A DNA stretch of 64,000 bases. Source: a virus. The notes under the pieces were generated by a model. The model saw nothing but the letters and a program-made list of their open reading frames with translations, had not been told where the DNA came from and made no database searches. Each line of letters starts with the position of its first letter. The stretch's first letter is position 1. Of this stretch, positions 8,701 through 15,971 are shown one piece after another. The position numbers and the translations under genes are program-made. Location of the stretch: positions 30,693 to 94,692 of the IMG/VR virus record IMGVR_UViG_3300023197_000086; one strand, written 5' to 3'.

Positions 8701-9099
8701 CTAATTAGCATCGGAGAGAAGCCTTGTGTTCGATATGGACAAGAATCTGGCGCCTGGACCATCGGTTGGACTGAGGGAACTCTGCCAGCCCTCACAGTGA
8801 ATCAAGTACATCTCCGCACCTGCAATAAGACAGAGCGTGTATATGACCTAACTGTAGAGGACGCCCACACCTTTGTAGTTGGCACCGCGGTAGTCCATAA
8901 CTGCCACCGGATTGGTCAACATGATTCCGTCACATCCTGGTATTTGCTGGCCGAGGAGACGATTGACGAAACCATCAATGCGCTGTTAGAGAGCAAACGC
9001 GAAGTCGTAGACGCGGCGACCGAGGGCGCTTCCGAGCAGGCCCAAGACGACATCGTGAGCGCACTGATCTCCGACCTAACTGGCGGCGAGACGATGTGA
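5731..9099 (+). CDS. SNF2/SMARCAL1(HARP)-like annealing helicase precursor containing an intein
   Basis: Two N-terminal HARP-like repeats (FPF..KEAVK..PGR..WTAP; FPYDP..SEVKSAPGATWD...WTLP), ADSMGLGKT, ILDESH, LTGTPITN, GVGITLTAAS, motif VI QAEDR|CHRIGQ split by the intein. Confidence 0.9.
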   Translation: MPKTTAKPLIKQAVDALAAACDQASSTDEAGFNKYDTSLGHSLAERPYDSWSARQEWAAWKMLRKYQGQLRNMGIQYDAIPKPDDPEDYEVPRRVSLDEAGEYFWIEFPFEWNLKEAVKQNVPGRNFHKEPRPHWTAPTTAETAQALKPIVESYEMELSADADQAMQSLEDAPTHQLTFTDEAIQVAFPYDPLMLSEVKSAPGATWDQENRVWTLPHELESIHLAKRLQDEMGFECDADSLESVYGVRNLDKLLQRFESEVEAAIAASKAEDADLEVPSLNGTLRPFQRAGAKYALDARRCFIADSMGLGKTVQSLATLEKANAYPAIIVCPASLKHNWLKEVRMWLPHLRPYVLAGQTGRIIPAHDADVIILNYDILHHRQEQLVEIDYQAVILDESHKCKNQQAQRTKAAQNLAKQAEYRLALTGTPITNKPYELASQLRILDRLEDLGGWRTFVDRYCAPRQEAGRVKYDGASNLEQLNTKLRSLCYVRRTKEDVLKDLPEKARSDVPIEITNLEEYQQVERDVIDFLKNEVARDEAFRQSIAHLPEDEQRRKINERMSDKEEKARRAERLVQLNTLKRVAAQGKLKPAIDWIKEFLANGEKLVVFAHHREIQRALSEAFPDAAHVLADDSGQARQANVDRFQNEPDCQLMIGSLNAAGVGITLTAASDVVFLELAWTPADHDQAEDRCILEGEPILTDHGWKPVEDIAEGDHVVSHDGYCHRVVDTYSRKAKSASPLRSKDIAEIEVTGWQHPIKVTTDHQVLTTRGWLPAGDLKPRDQIKMPQTTEGPPIPEIPISDDYRCRQTYTTPGHNLFGSYYEKQRVKPPSKQRNGKLTPLPRALSTDEDTLFILGFYIGDGYAYTGHGKGRFVSFCGHDEDHNHLPRCELWSNSLGLSSAYVHDAHSHSCELRIYSAELAFWFQGEMGRTLEYKQVPKWIFASSVKQRREFLEGWVASDGYERFPSRGGQLRREVITASNRLAADVTRLLISIGEKPCVRYGQESGAWTIGWTEGTLPALTVNQVHLRTCNKTERVYDLTVEDAHTFVVGTAVVHNCHRIGQHDSVTSWYLLAEETIDETINALLESKREVVDAATEGASEQAQDDIVSALISDLTGGETM
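7804..8901 (+). mobile_element. Intein with LAGLIDADG homing endonuclease (366 aa)
   Basis: Begins CILEGEPILTDHGWKPVEDI; block B VTTDHQVLT; LGFYIGDG and FLEGWVASDG motifs; ends VYDLTVEDAHTFVVGTAVVHN followed by +1 Cys. AT-richer than the exteins. Confidence 0.93.
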
Positions 9100-9134
9100 T
9101 ATGACATTGGACGAACAGCCGCCGAGAGGAGGCG

Positions 9135-9389
9135 ATGATGCCGGGTACTCCTTTGGAGGTCGTACTGGCCGACCACGATCTGCTTGAGGACGGAGACCTC
9201 GATGGCTACGTGATAGTAGAGACCACAAAGCGGGAACGCGAAGACGCGCTTCCAGATCCCACTACACTTTACCTTCTCGGTGGAAAGCCTGTATCGGGGA
9301 AGAAGATTAACCAGCTCGCCGCCGAGGGTCGACAGATCGGATTCCCCGCGTTGAAGATGGTCAAAGAAAGGAGCGACGATATCCGATGA
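9135..9389 (+). CDS. Hypothetical protein
   Basis: GAGGAGG RBS; last gene of the rightward block. Confidence 0.55.
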   Translation: MMPGTPLEVVLADHDLLEDGDLDGYVIVETTKREREDALPDPTTLYLLGGKPVSGKKINQLAAEGRQIGFPALKMVKERSDDIR

Positions 9390-9398
9390 CGATAACAG

Positions 9399-10052
9399 CT
9401 AGACCGCCATCGCCTCCTCGTCCATCACCAAGTCCAACACGCCCCGGTGCTCACTCTCCAAGGCCCGCCGTTGCAGCACCCGGATCGCCTCCCGCCGTAT
9501 CTGCCCCGCCCGCACACGCGACACGCCGATCTGCTCTGCAATGGCCCGATCGGGCCACTGATCGCGATCATTTAGACCGAAGCTGTGTTCGAGGACGTAG
9601 CGTTGACGCGCCGGCATGAAGCGGAGCTGACGCTGGACCCATTCGATCCCGAGGTCTCGCAGCACATCCGTTTCCGGCTCATCCGGCGACGGGGCCACCG
9701 TGTTCGCCCAATCGTCGCCAGTCTCTTGCTCTTGTGATGGGGCATCGAGCGAGACGGTGCCGACGACCTCCGTGTTGAACTTGTGAATGACCTTGAGGGC
9801 ATATTGGTAAGCGTGGATCGCCCACGTTTGCAGATGGATGTTTTTGCCTTGGGCGAGCGAGGGAATGTAGATGTCGGGGGCGTCGGCAAGGCTTTGGGCA
9901 AGATCGCGGCTGCGCACAAATAGCTGGTGGGCCTGCCAAGCGGATAGTCCCGACGACGTGCGCGAGATACGCACGTAGCGGACAATGGCCCGCACGTCAT
10001 CCAGATGTCGATTGGCCGCTGTTGCGAAGTCGGTGATCGGCGAAGTGGGCAT
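9399..10052 (-). CDS. Phage sigma-70-like transcription factor
   Basis: Region-3-like VSLDAP..GDDWANTVA and region-4 HTH MPARQRYVLEHSFGL...DRAIAEQIGVSRVRAGQIRREAIRVLQ. Confidence 0.75.
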   Translation of the reverse strand: MPTSPITDFATAANRHLDDVRAIVRYVRISRTSSGLSAWQAHQLFVRSRDLAQSLADAPDIYIPSLAQGKNIHLQTWAIHAYQYALKVIHKFNTEVVGTVSLDAPSQEQETGDDWANTVAPSPDEPETDVLRDLGIEWVQRQLRFMPARQRYVLEHSFGLNDRDQWPDRAIAEQIGVSRVRAGQIRREAIRVLQRRALESEHRGVLDLVMDEEAMAV

Positions 10053-10773
10053 GACTCAACTCCCCAAATAGATGCGAAATCTCCTCATCCAGAAGCCTCT
10101 GTGCTTCGTCATACCGCTCTTGGGCCATCAATCTTCGGTAGGCTCGCAACTTCCGTTTGAGTTCTCGGATCTTGTCACCGTGGGGGAAGTCCGCCCGCTC
10201 GCCCCGATACCCAAGCACGGCCAACTGTTCGCCGACCTGGGAGCGACCGAGCACGGTGAGCGAAATGAGCTCCTTCGCCTCGTCGACATCCCCGTCTTCC
10301 ACCGCATCTTGCAACGGGCGCCAGAGCAGGTCGAGCGTGCCGACGCTCACGTCTTCGAGGGCGATCTGTTGTTCACCTTCCAGGCCAAGCTCGGTATTGA
10401 GACTTTCGGTCACGGTGCGGAGGGTGTCGTCGCGGATGAGGTCGACAAGGCGCTCGCCCAGACGGAGGGATGTGGACCGGGCGCCGGTGTGACGACTGAC
10501 AAGGCGCTTATACTCTTGCCAATCGTCAATGCCGAGCCGTTGCGGTGCCCGGACTCGCTTGGCCTCATCAAGGAGGATGCCGACGCGCTTGATTTGACCC
10601 CGCCCCTGCCAACGGCTCGGCGTGCGCGTCAGCGCGTAGAGCCGCATTGCGTAGTCGTCCGTGTCACGACACTTCTGCCACAAATCCTCCAGCGCCTCAA
10701 GCGTGTCGGATACCGTGGCATCCTGTAGATGGGGAAGATCAGCCGGCCCTACACCGCCGTGTCGCGCTTCCAT
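9997..10773 (-). CDS. Hypothetical protein
   Basis: Long helical ORF with GAGGGG RBS. Confidence 0.65.
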   Translation of the reverse strand: MEARHGGVGPADLPHLQDATVSDTLEALEDLWQKCRDTDDYAMRLYALTRTPSRWQGRGQIKRVGILLDEAKRVRAPQRLGIDDWQEYKRLVSRHTGARSTSLRLGERLVDLIRDDTLRTVTESLNTELGLEGEQQIALEDVSVGTLDLLWRPLQDAVEDGDVDEAKELISLTVLGRSQVGEQLAVLGYRGERADFPHGDKIRELKRKLRAYRRLMAQERYDEAQRLLDEEISHLFGELSHAHFADHRLRNSGQSTSG

Positions 10774-10865
10774 AAAACTCAGCCCCTCACCCCTGCAAGG
10801 CTCCGGCTTACGCTTTATACTTTCAAGTCATCGTCAACCGTCGCAAGCTCCCCTCCGGGCCTTCG

Positions 10866-11084
10866 TTAAGTTTGACGATTTAGCCACTCGAGGAACTCGG
10901 GTTCGCTTCCCCCACCACAGAACTCACAAGGAAACTCTTTAGAGGGCATCTCGCACTGCGGGCAACGGAAGCGCACCCCGAGCTCGCGGATTTCGCGCAG
11001 CCCCTCCTCGCTTAGCGCTCCGCTCCAATCCGACCTTGTGCGAGTCGTGTCGCGGGAGATGTCGTAGACGATCAGGCTGCTCAT
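10866..11084 (-). CDS. Small Zn-ribbon protein
   Basis: MSSLIVYD...CPQCE..CEFCGG; ATGA overlap with the patatin stop, GGAGG RBS. Confidence 0.55.
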   Translation of the reverse strand: MSSLIVYDISRDTTRTRSDWSGALSEEGLREIRELGVRFRCPQCEMPSKEFPCEFCGGGSEPEFLEWLNRQT

Positions 11085-12094
11085 GCCATTCCTCCTTCCT
11101 CTATCTTGCGCCGGGCAATCTCGCGTCCAGCCTGAATGCCTCGCTGGATGGCATCCGGCTCGAACTCCAGCGCACCCAGATGCTTCCGTTCCGGCTCGAA
11201 AATGCGGAACGTGGGACGGATGATCGTCTTGTAGTCGCTCTGCCGGTACGGCTGGACGTGGCTGTCGTTGGTCTGGATCGCCCGGTCGATGTCGTTGCGA
11301 TAGACCTCGTTCATCATCATGCCGAGCGTGCGCTGGCCGATGCCGAGCGCGTTCCAGGGCACATCCTCCTCGCGCTGCGGCAAAAGCGGAGTGGCCAAGA
11401 GGATATAGAATGTGGCCGTGTCGCCTTCCCGCCATCGTTCGCGCAGGATGTCGAAAGCGTCGGCTAAGGGGGCCATGTTCCGCACGCCCCCGTCCACATA
11501 ATGGCGCCCGCCGATCTTCACGGGCGGGAAAACGCCGGGGATGCTCGCACTGGCCAAGACAACCTCGGGCGGATCTTGCGGAGCCAGCCTCACCGACATG
11601 TAGCGCCCCGACTCGAGTTGGGTTACGCCGATCGCCACGTCGGGAGTGTCCTTGGGCCACGTTCCGTCATCCTCATGAGGCAGGCGAGAGCGACCTATCG
11701 GGCGATCCGTTGGAACCTTGGCCGGATTAGCCCAGCGATGGATCAGATCCAACAGTGGCCCGGTCTCGTACAGCGACGGGTTGCGGATCAGCGATACACC
11801 ATCCGTCCAACGCCACAGGCCGAGTTTGTGGAACAACGAAGACAGCGGGCGCCGTTGGTACACGTCCTCGGGGCCGTCGACCTGTTCGTAGGCACGCAAC
11901 AAGTTGAGCACCGCCGCCACTTGCGCCTGTCGCTTGGCCTGCGCCAAGACAGCCGCGTTCAATGCCCCGGCCGAGACGCCGGTGATCACATCGAAGTTGC
12001 GACCTTCCTTGCACACCAGCCAATCCAGCATCCCGGCCTCGACTGCGCCACGGGCACCACCGCCGCTCATCACCAGCACGTTGTGATGGGTCAC
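11081..12094 (-). CDS. Patatin-like phospholipase
   Basis: SGGGARG oxyanion loop, GVSAG nucleophile elbow, ASASIPGVFPPV and YVDGG catalytic Asp. Likely GTG start at 12094 after GGAGG. Confidence 0.9.
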   Translation of the reverse strand: MTHHNVLVMSGGGARGAVEAGMLDWLVCKEGRNFDVITGVSAGALNAAVLAQAKRQAQVAAVLNLLRAYEQVDGPEDVYQRRPLSSLFHKLGLWRWTDGVSLIRNPSLYETGPLLDLIHRWANPAKVPTDRPIGRSRLPHEDDGTWPKDTPDVAIGVTQLESGRYMSVRLAPQDPPEVVLASASIPGVFPPVKIGGRHYVDGGVRNMAPLADAFDILRERWREGDTATFYILLATPLLPQREEDVPWNALGIGQRTLGMMMNEVYRNDIDRAIQTNDSHVQPYRQSDYKTIIRPTFRIFEPERKHLGALEFEPDAIQRGIQAGREIARRKIEEGGMA

Positions 12095-12831
12095 GATGAT
12101 CCCTCCATGAGGAACAGATGCCACTCGCTCGGCAAATGTTGGAGCGCATGATCACGTGCCCATGCTTCGATGGCCTCGATCTTATCCGCATGATCGGCCG
12201 GTTCCTTGAGCCACTTGGCCACCTGGGCAACGGTCACTGGTTCAAGGGTTGGTTGTTCTGGAGGCGTAGCCACTTGAGCAAGGCGGCGCCCCATATGCTC
12301 CTCACTGATGCCGCAAACGGGCAGCACCGGGCATTTGTGCGACTCCAGCACTTGGTCGTTCCGCGTGTCGCGCATCCGCAAATGGCTGACAGGGACGACC
12401 ACCGCCAGCAGGTCGGGCAGGTGCAAGTTATCAATGCCCGCGCCCAACGGAGATAGGGTGAAGTTGGTCACGCCGCGTGTCAGGCCGCCCCGGCCGATGA
12501 AGTAAGGGAAGCCGAACTTGCCGAAATAGTCGGCGTTCCAGTCAAGGTCGCCTATAAGGTCGGCGTGCATCACGGTGGGGAACTTCACCATCGGCGAACT
12601 GTCGCCTCGCATCGCCCGAGCATACTCCTCGACCGACACAACCCGCTTCCAGACGAGCAAGTGCTCCTCGTCCAAGACGGCATGCGGCCACTCCTCGCGA
12701 ATCCAGTCCATCAGCTGATCGACCGGGACATCCCTCTCACCCTCCGGATCAAGAATGCTTTCCGCCGCGAACTGAACATGAACACTGGCATTTCGAGCAA
12801 CGAGCTTGCGATCCATGTACACGTCGGCCAC
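12091..12831 (-). CDS. Hypothetical protein
   Basis: 246-aa ORF, AAGGAGG RBS, GTG start. Confidence 0.65.
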   Translation of the reverse strand: MADVYMDRKLVARNASVHVQFAAESILDPEGERDVPVDQLMDWIREEWPHAVLDEEHLLVWKRVVSVEEYARAMRGDSSPMVKFPTVMHADLIGDLDWNADYFGKFGFPYFIGRGGLTRGVTNFTLSPLGAGIDNLHLPDLLAVVVPVSHLRMRDTRNDQVLESHKCPVLPVCGISEEHMGRRLAQVATPPEQPTLEPVTVAQVAKWLKEPADHADKIEAIEAWARDHALQHLPSEWHLFLMEGSS

Positions 12832-12862
12832 GCTTCCCTCCTTCTTATCCTACAAGATGACT

Positions 12863-12890
12863 CAATGCTTGACTTGTAATTCAAGCATTG
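12863..12890. promoter_or_regulatory. Perfect 10-bp-arm inverted repeat (operator or hairpin)
   Basis: CAATGCTTGA-CTTGTAAT-TCAAGCATTG, AT-rich, intergenic. Confidence 0.5.
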
Positions 12891-13490
12891 TTACGCCGCC
12901 GTCACACGGCGGGCTTCGGCAAATGTGATGGAAACAGCCAGCGCCGCCCACTCATCGCCGGAGATGCCGTACAGGGGGCCGGGTGGACAGTCCCATCCGC
13001 CTCCTTCGCACTCGGGGCATGTCGGCCGGCCGCGGCCGAACCAGCCGCGGCCCTTGCACTTGCCACACTTGATCGCCCCAATCGCTTTCTCCTCGCCGCC
13101 GAAGCGGTCGATCAGCGCCGCCCGTACGGTGGTGTCGTTGCCGGCGGCCGACCGATTCAGGTTCTGCACGACGCCGGGCACGTCGGCCTCGTGGTTCGGC
13201 TTCCGGCGATAGACGCGGGTGTAATGGTCGGGATGGCTGGACCACACCTCGATGCATCGGCCAACCATGACGGCCGACTCGAACACGTCGTCCTTCACGC
13301 TCATGCCGTAGCTGGTCACCATCTCGATCGCCAGATGGTCGGCCCGCCCGACATCGGCAATGGTTGCCACGTCCGCAACGACCTGATCGTTGTCGGCATA
13401 GTCGTGGTCGATGACGTCGTGCGCCTGAGCATCGTAGATGACCCAGGCGCTTTTCGACGGGCCCGGATCGACGCCCAGCACCCGACGCAT
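12891..13490 (-). CDS. RuvC-like Holliday junction resolvase with DnaJ-type Zn-finger insertion
   Basis: VLGVDPG, LAIE and DEWAALAV acidic triad; inserted CGKCKGRG...CPECEGGG. Confidence 0.75.
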   Translation of the reverse strand: MRRVLGVDPGPSKSAWVIYDAQAHDVIDHDYADNDQVVADVATIADVGRADHLAIEMVTSYGMSVKDDVFESAVMVGRCIEVWSSHPDHYTRVYRRKPNHEADVPGVVQNLNRSAAGNDTTVRAALIDRFGGEEKAIGAIKCGKCKGRGWFGRGRPTCPECEGGGWDCPPGPLYGISGDEWAALAVSITFAEARRVTAA

Positions 13491-13825
13491 CAGGCGACCA
13501 TCTCCGCAAGCGTAAGCTCGAGTCGACCGACCACTGTCACAGCCAGGATTGTCGCCCACCAACTGAATCCGTCCCCGTCGTCCTTCCAACCCCAATCGTC
13601 GGCGTAGCGGGGCACGACCCGGCGAACACAGTCCTTGACCGACTCAACGCCTTCCGAGTCAAGAATGAAGCCGTCGTAGACCAGCTCGATAAGCTCCTCT
13701 CGAATCTCGCTCTCCATCCGGCGGGCCCGACGCTGAACCAACACGTTGCCCAAGTCGTTGAAGACCTGAATGTGGACCTGCTCCACGTTGCTGTCGGTTT
13801 CAATTCGCTCGATATCCGCTGTCAA
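13490..13825 (-). CDS. Hypothetical protein (probable TTG start)
   Basis: AAAGGAGG RBS 6 nt before TTG at 13825. Confidence 0.55.
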   Translation of the reverse strand: MTADIERIETDSNVEQVHIQVFNDLGNVLVQRRARRMESEIREELIELVYDGFILDSEGVESVKDCVRRVVPRYADDWGWKDDGDGFSWWATILAVTVVGRLELTLAEMVA

Positions 13826-14162
13826 TGCGGTCCTCCTTTCGCCGCTCATAGCCCATGAGATACAAATCGTGGTCGGTGAGATGTTGGACACGCTGGCTTT
13901 CGTCAAGGACGGCGCACTTCACCCCGTCCGGCAGGATCTCGTTCAACGATTCCGCGACCTCGACGACCGACTCGTTCGGCATCGACTCGGGCACGTAAAC
14001 GACGATCAGATCGCCCTGCCTCGGTTGCAGATGCAGCACGTCGCGAATGGACTCAAGCTTGCGCAACTTGGCGAGCTGCCGATGCGCTCGGACGTTGTCG
14101 GCAACCGCGGCCACGGCGGTGGCGATCGCCACCGCCAAAGCCACGGAAAGCAGTGTCGACAT
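13800..14162 (-). CDS. Membrane-anchored hypothetical protein
   Basis: N-terminal hydrophobic helix LLSVALAVAIATAVAAVA. Confidence 0.6.
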   Translation of the reverse strand: MSTLLSVALAVAIATAVAAVADNVRAHRQLAKLRKLESIRDVLHLQPRQGDLIVVYVPESMPNESVVEVAESLNEILPDGVKCAVLDESQRVQHLTDHDLYLMGYERRKEDRIDSGYRAN

Positions 14163-14163
14163 G

Positions 14164-14910
14164 TCAGCACACCTTCCGGTTCTGCGTCCAAGCGTCGATG
14201 GCCCGCAAGAACGTGTCGTCGGTCAGCTTCTGCGCGACCCAAAGGTCGATCGCCCGCAGGAACTCGTCGTCGCTCAACAAGCAATCGCCGTCCCGGTCAA
14301 GCTGCTCCAGCCCCGTCCGCTCGGTCTCGTCACCCCCTGACGATCCGTTATCGTCGGACGTATTGATGTCAGCGTCGCTGAACACGGCGGTCCAGTACGG
14401 ATCATTACCCTGCCGATCGACGCCGATGCTGCGGGCCCAACAGCGCATCATGTTCTCCCAATGGCCGGACGACTCGCGCCATGCTGACACGACTTGCGAG
14501 GCGGTGGACTGACCACGCGCCACGTTCTCGGCCAGACGGTTCCACGCCAGATCACCGGCCCGATCCACGCGATCCGGCAGCTTCGGCTCACCTGCGCAAC
14601 GATGCCCGAAACAGCTTTGAGCCTTCATCGTCTCGTTGTGACTGGCGGCGGCGTCCGATAGCACGCGACTCGGGGTCAATCGTTGCCCCGAATCCGAGGG
14701 CCACTGTCGCCATTGGCCATCGGCAAAGCAGACGTCACTGCCCTGCCGCAGCGTGTTGATCTCGGCGATTGCCGCCTCCTCGGCATCGGTGAGATAGGCC
14801 GCACCATCGTCGACAACGCCGCTCGGTCCATCGAGCAGCGGCGCGCAACCGGTCGTTACCGCGAACAGGATGGCGAGGGCTCCTATCGCCCCCGCAATGC
14901 GGAGTGTCAT
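14164..14910 (-). CDS. Lipoprotein with CAP (SCP) domain and C-terminal EF-hand-like repeat
   Basis: Lipobox VTTG|C; CAP motifs LSDAAASHNETM..FGH, AENVARG, VVSAWRESSGHWENM; C-terminal LDRDGDCLLSDDEFLRAIDLW / TDDTFLRAIDAW. Confidence 0.85.
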   Translation of the reverse strand: MTLRIAGAIGALAILFAVTTGCAPLLDGPSGVVDDGAAYLTDAEEAAIAEINTLRQGSDVCFADGQWRQWPSDSGQRLTPSRVLSDAAASHNETMKAQSCFGHRCAGEPKLPDRVDRAGDLAWNRLAENVARGQSTASQVVSAWRESSGHWENMMRCWARSIGVDRQGNDPYWTAVFSDADINTSDDNGSSGGDETERTGLEQLDRDGDCLLSDDEFLRAIDLWVAQKLTDDTFLRAIDAWTQNRKVC

Positions 14911-14931
14911 GCTCAGCCCCTCCTCTGCAGG

Positions 14932-15150
14932 CTAGTGTTGCATCTGCTCGGCCAGCTTTCGCGAAACCCGAATGGGCTCGCGGCTGGCCCCTTCCCCGTC
15001 CGTTTGGAACTCGGCCATTAACGATCGGCCCTCGAGCCACGCGTCCTCAACCATGGGATCGTCTGCCGCAATTCGGCGAGCCAACTCCAACTCGAGCACG
15101 CTATACCCACCATCCACGCTGGCGACGGCCGTGATGTAGGTCGGCATCAT
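14932..15150 (-). CDS. Small hypothetical protein
   Basis: GGAGG RBS before MMPTYIT; the longer track ORF N-terminus looks spurious. Confidence 0.5.
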   Translation of the reverse strand: MMPTYITAVASVDGGYSVLELELARRIAADDPMVEDAWLEGRSLMAEFQTDGEGASREPIRVSRKLAEQMQH

Positions 15151-15203
15151 CGAGCCTCCCGTCATCAGGGTCTCGAGAACCGTGCCATGAAAGCCTGAGG
15201 AGA

Positions 15204-15296
15204 GTAGGCGGACAGCCCTCCGCTGGGGGAAAATCCGGCAGGCTAAGGAGGCAAACCTTCCGGCAAAACCCTGGCATCGTCGAGCTGCCCGCCTAC
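15204..15296. other. Long imperfect intergenic hairpin (possible structured RNA)
   Basis: Closing stem GTAGGCGGACAGC/GCTGCCCGCCTAC (12 of 13 pairs) with nested inner stems. Confidence 0.4.
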
Positions 15297-15316
15297 GGTT
15301 GGGCAAGAGGGTGGGG

Positions 15317-15715
15317 CTAATCATCATTACCCGATTCGTCAATCTCTTCCAACAACAGCTCCGCAGCCTCGTTCGGATCGTTCTCGCAGAGATGGTGATA
15401 AACCTTCTCCATGATGCCGCGCAGCCGATCCGCCTCGTCCTGAATCAACGGCTCGTAATCCCCCTCCTCCGAACGGGTGCCGATCATCTCACCCATCGAA
15501 TCCAGCTTGTTGGCAGCCGCCGAAAACGTGTCCGCCAACGACGTAAAGCAAAGAACAATGGGACCAGCCGTCGTCGTCTCAATGTGAAGCCACCCGCCGG
15601 GATGATTCTCCGATTCATCCTCAGTGGGCGATTGAATCTCGGTATGGAACGTGGCCGGCTCGCCCTCCATATAACCGGGCACCGCGCTGTATTGGATGAC
15701 GACTCGCTTGCTCAA
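15317..15715 (-). CDS. Hypothetical acidic protein
   Basis: AAGGAGG RBS, 132 aa. Confidence 0.6.
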   Translation of the reverse strand: MSKRVVIQYSAVPGYMEGEPATFHTEIQSPTEDESENHPGGWLHIETTTAGPIVLCFTSLADTFSAAANKLDSMGEMIGTRSEEGDYEPLIQDEADRLRGIMEKVYHHLCENDPNEAAELLLEEIDESGNDD

Positions 15716-15726
15716 GATCGGCCTCC

Positions 15727-15963
15727 TTACTGTTCAAATCCGATCCACTGAATCTCAGATCCGCACCACGGGCAGTAGCGGATCGGGCTATTCACAAGGC
15801 AATCCCCCGCTTCTAATGACTCCAATATCCCTCTCCCTTTGATTGCAGGCGCATAAACCTGGGTCGTATTGGACACCCCCTCTAGGATGGCACGCATCTC
15901 AGCACAGCAAGGATCAATCGACTCGGTTCCGCACGGCCTTCGATCGCTCATCCCTTCGATCAT
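15727..15963 (-). CDS. Small Cys-rich protein (CC...YCPWCG)
   Basis: PCCAEM...IRYCPWCGSEI pattern; GGAGGAG RBS. Confidence 0.5.
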   Translation of the reverse strand: MIEGMSDRRPCGTESIDPCCAEMRAILEGVSNTTQVYAPAIKGRGILESLEAGDCLVNSPIRYCPWCGSEIQWIGFEQ

Positions 15964-15971
15964 ATCCCCGT

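Noticed and set aside
10814-10879. ATCGTCAA/TTGACGAT inverted pair and a TTGACG...TATAAA promoter candidate
   Set aside because: The -35/-10 spacing is only 12 bp and one arm lies in a coding end; not supportable.
15204-15296. SRP RNA or c-di-GMP riboswitch resemblance (CCGGAAGG; GGCAAACC)
   Set aside because: The SRP AGCAG internal-loop strand and the riboswitch GAAA/GGGACGCAAAGC elements are missing. Kept only as an unassigned hairpin.
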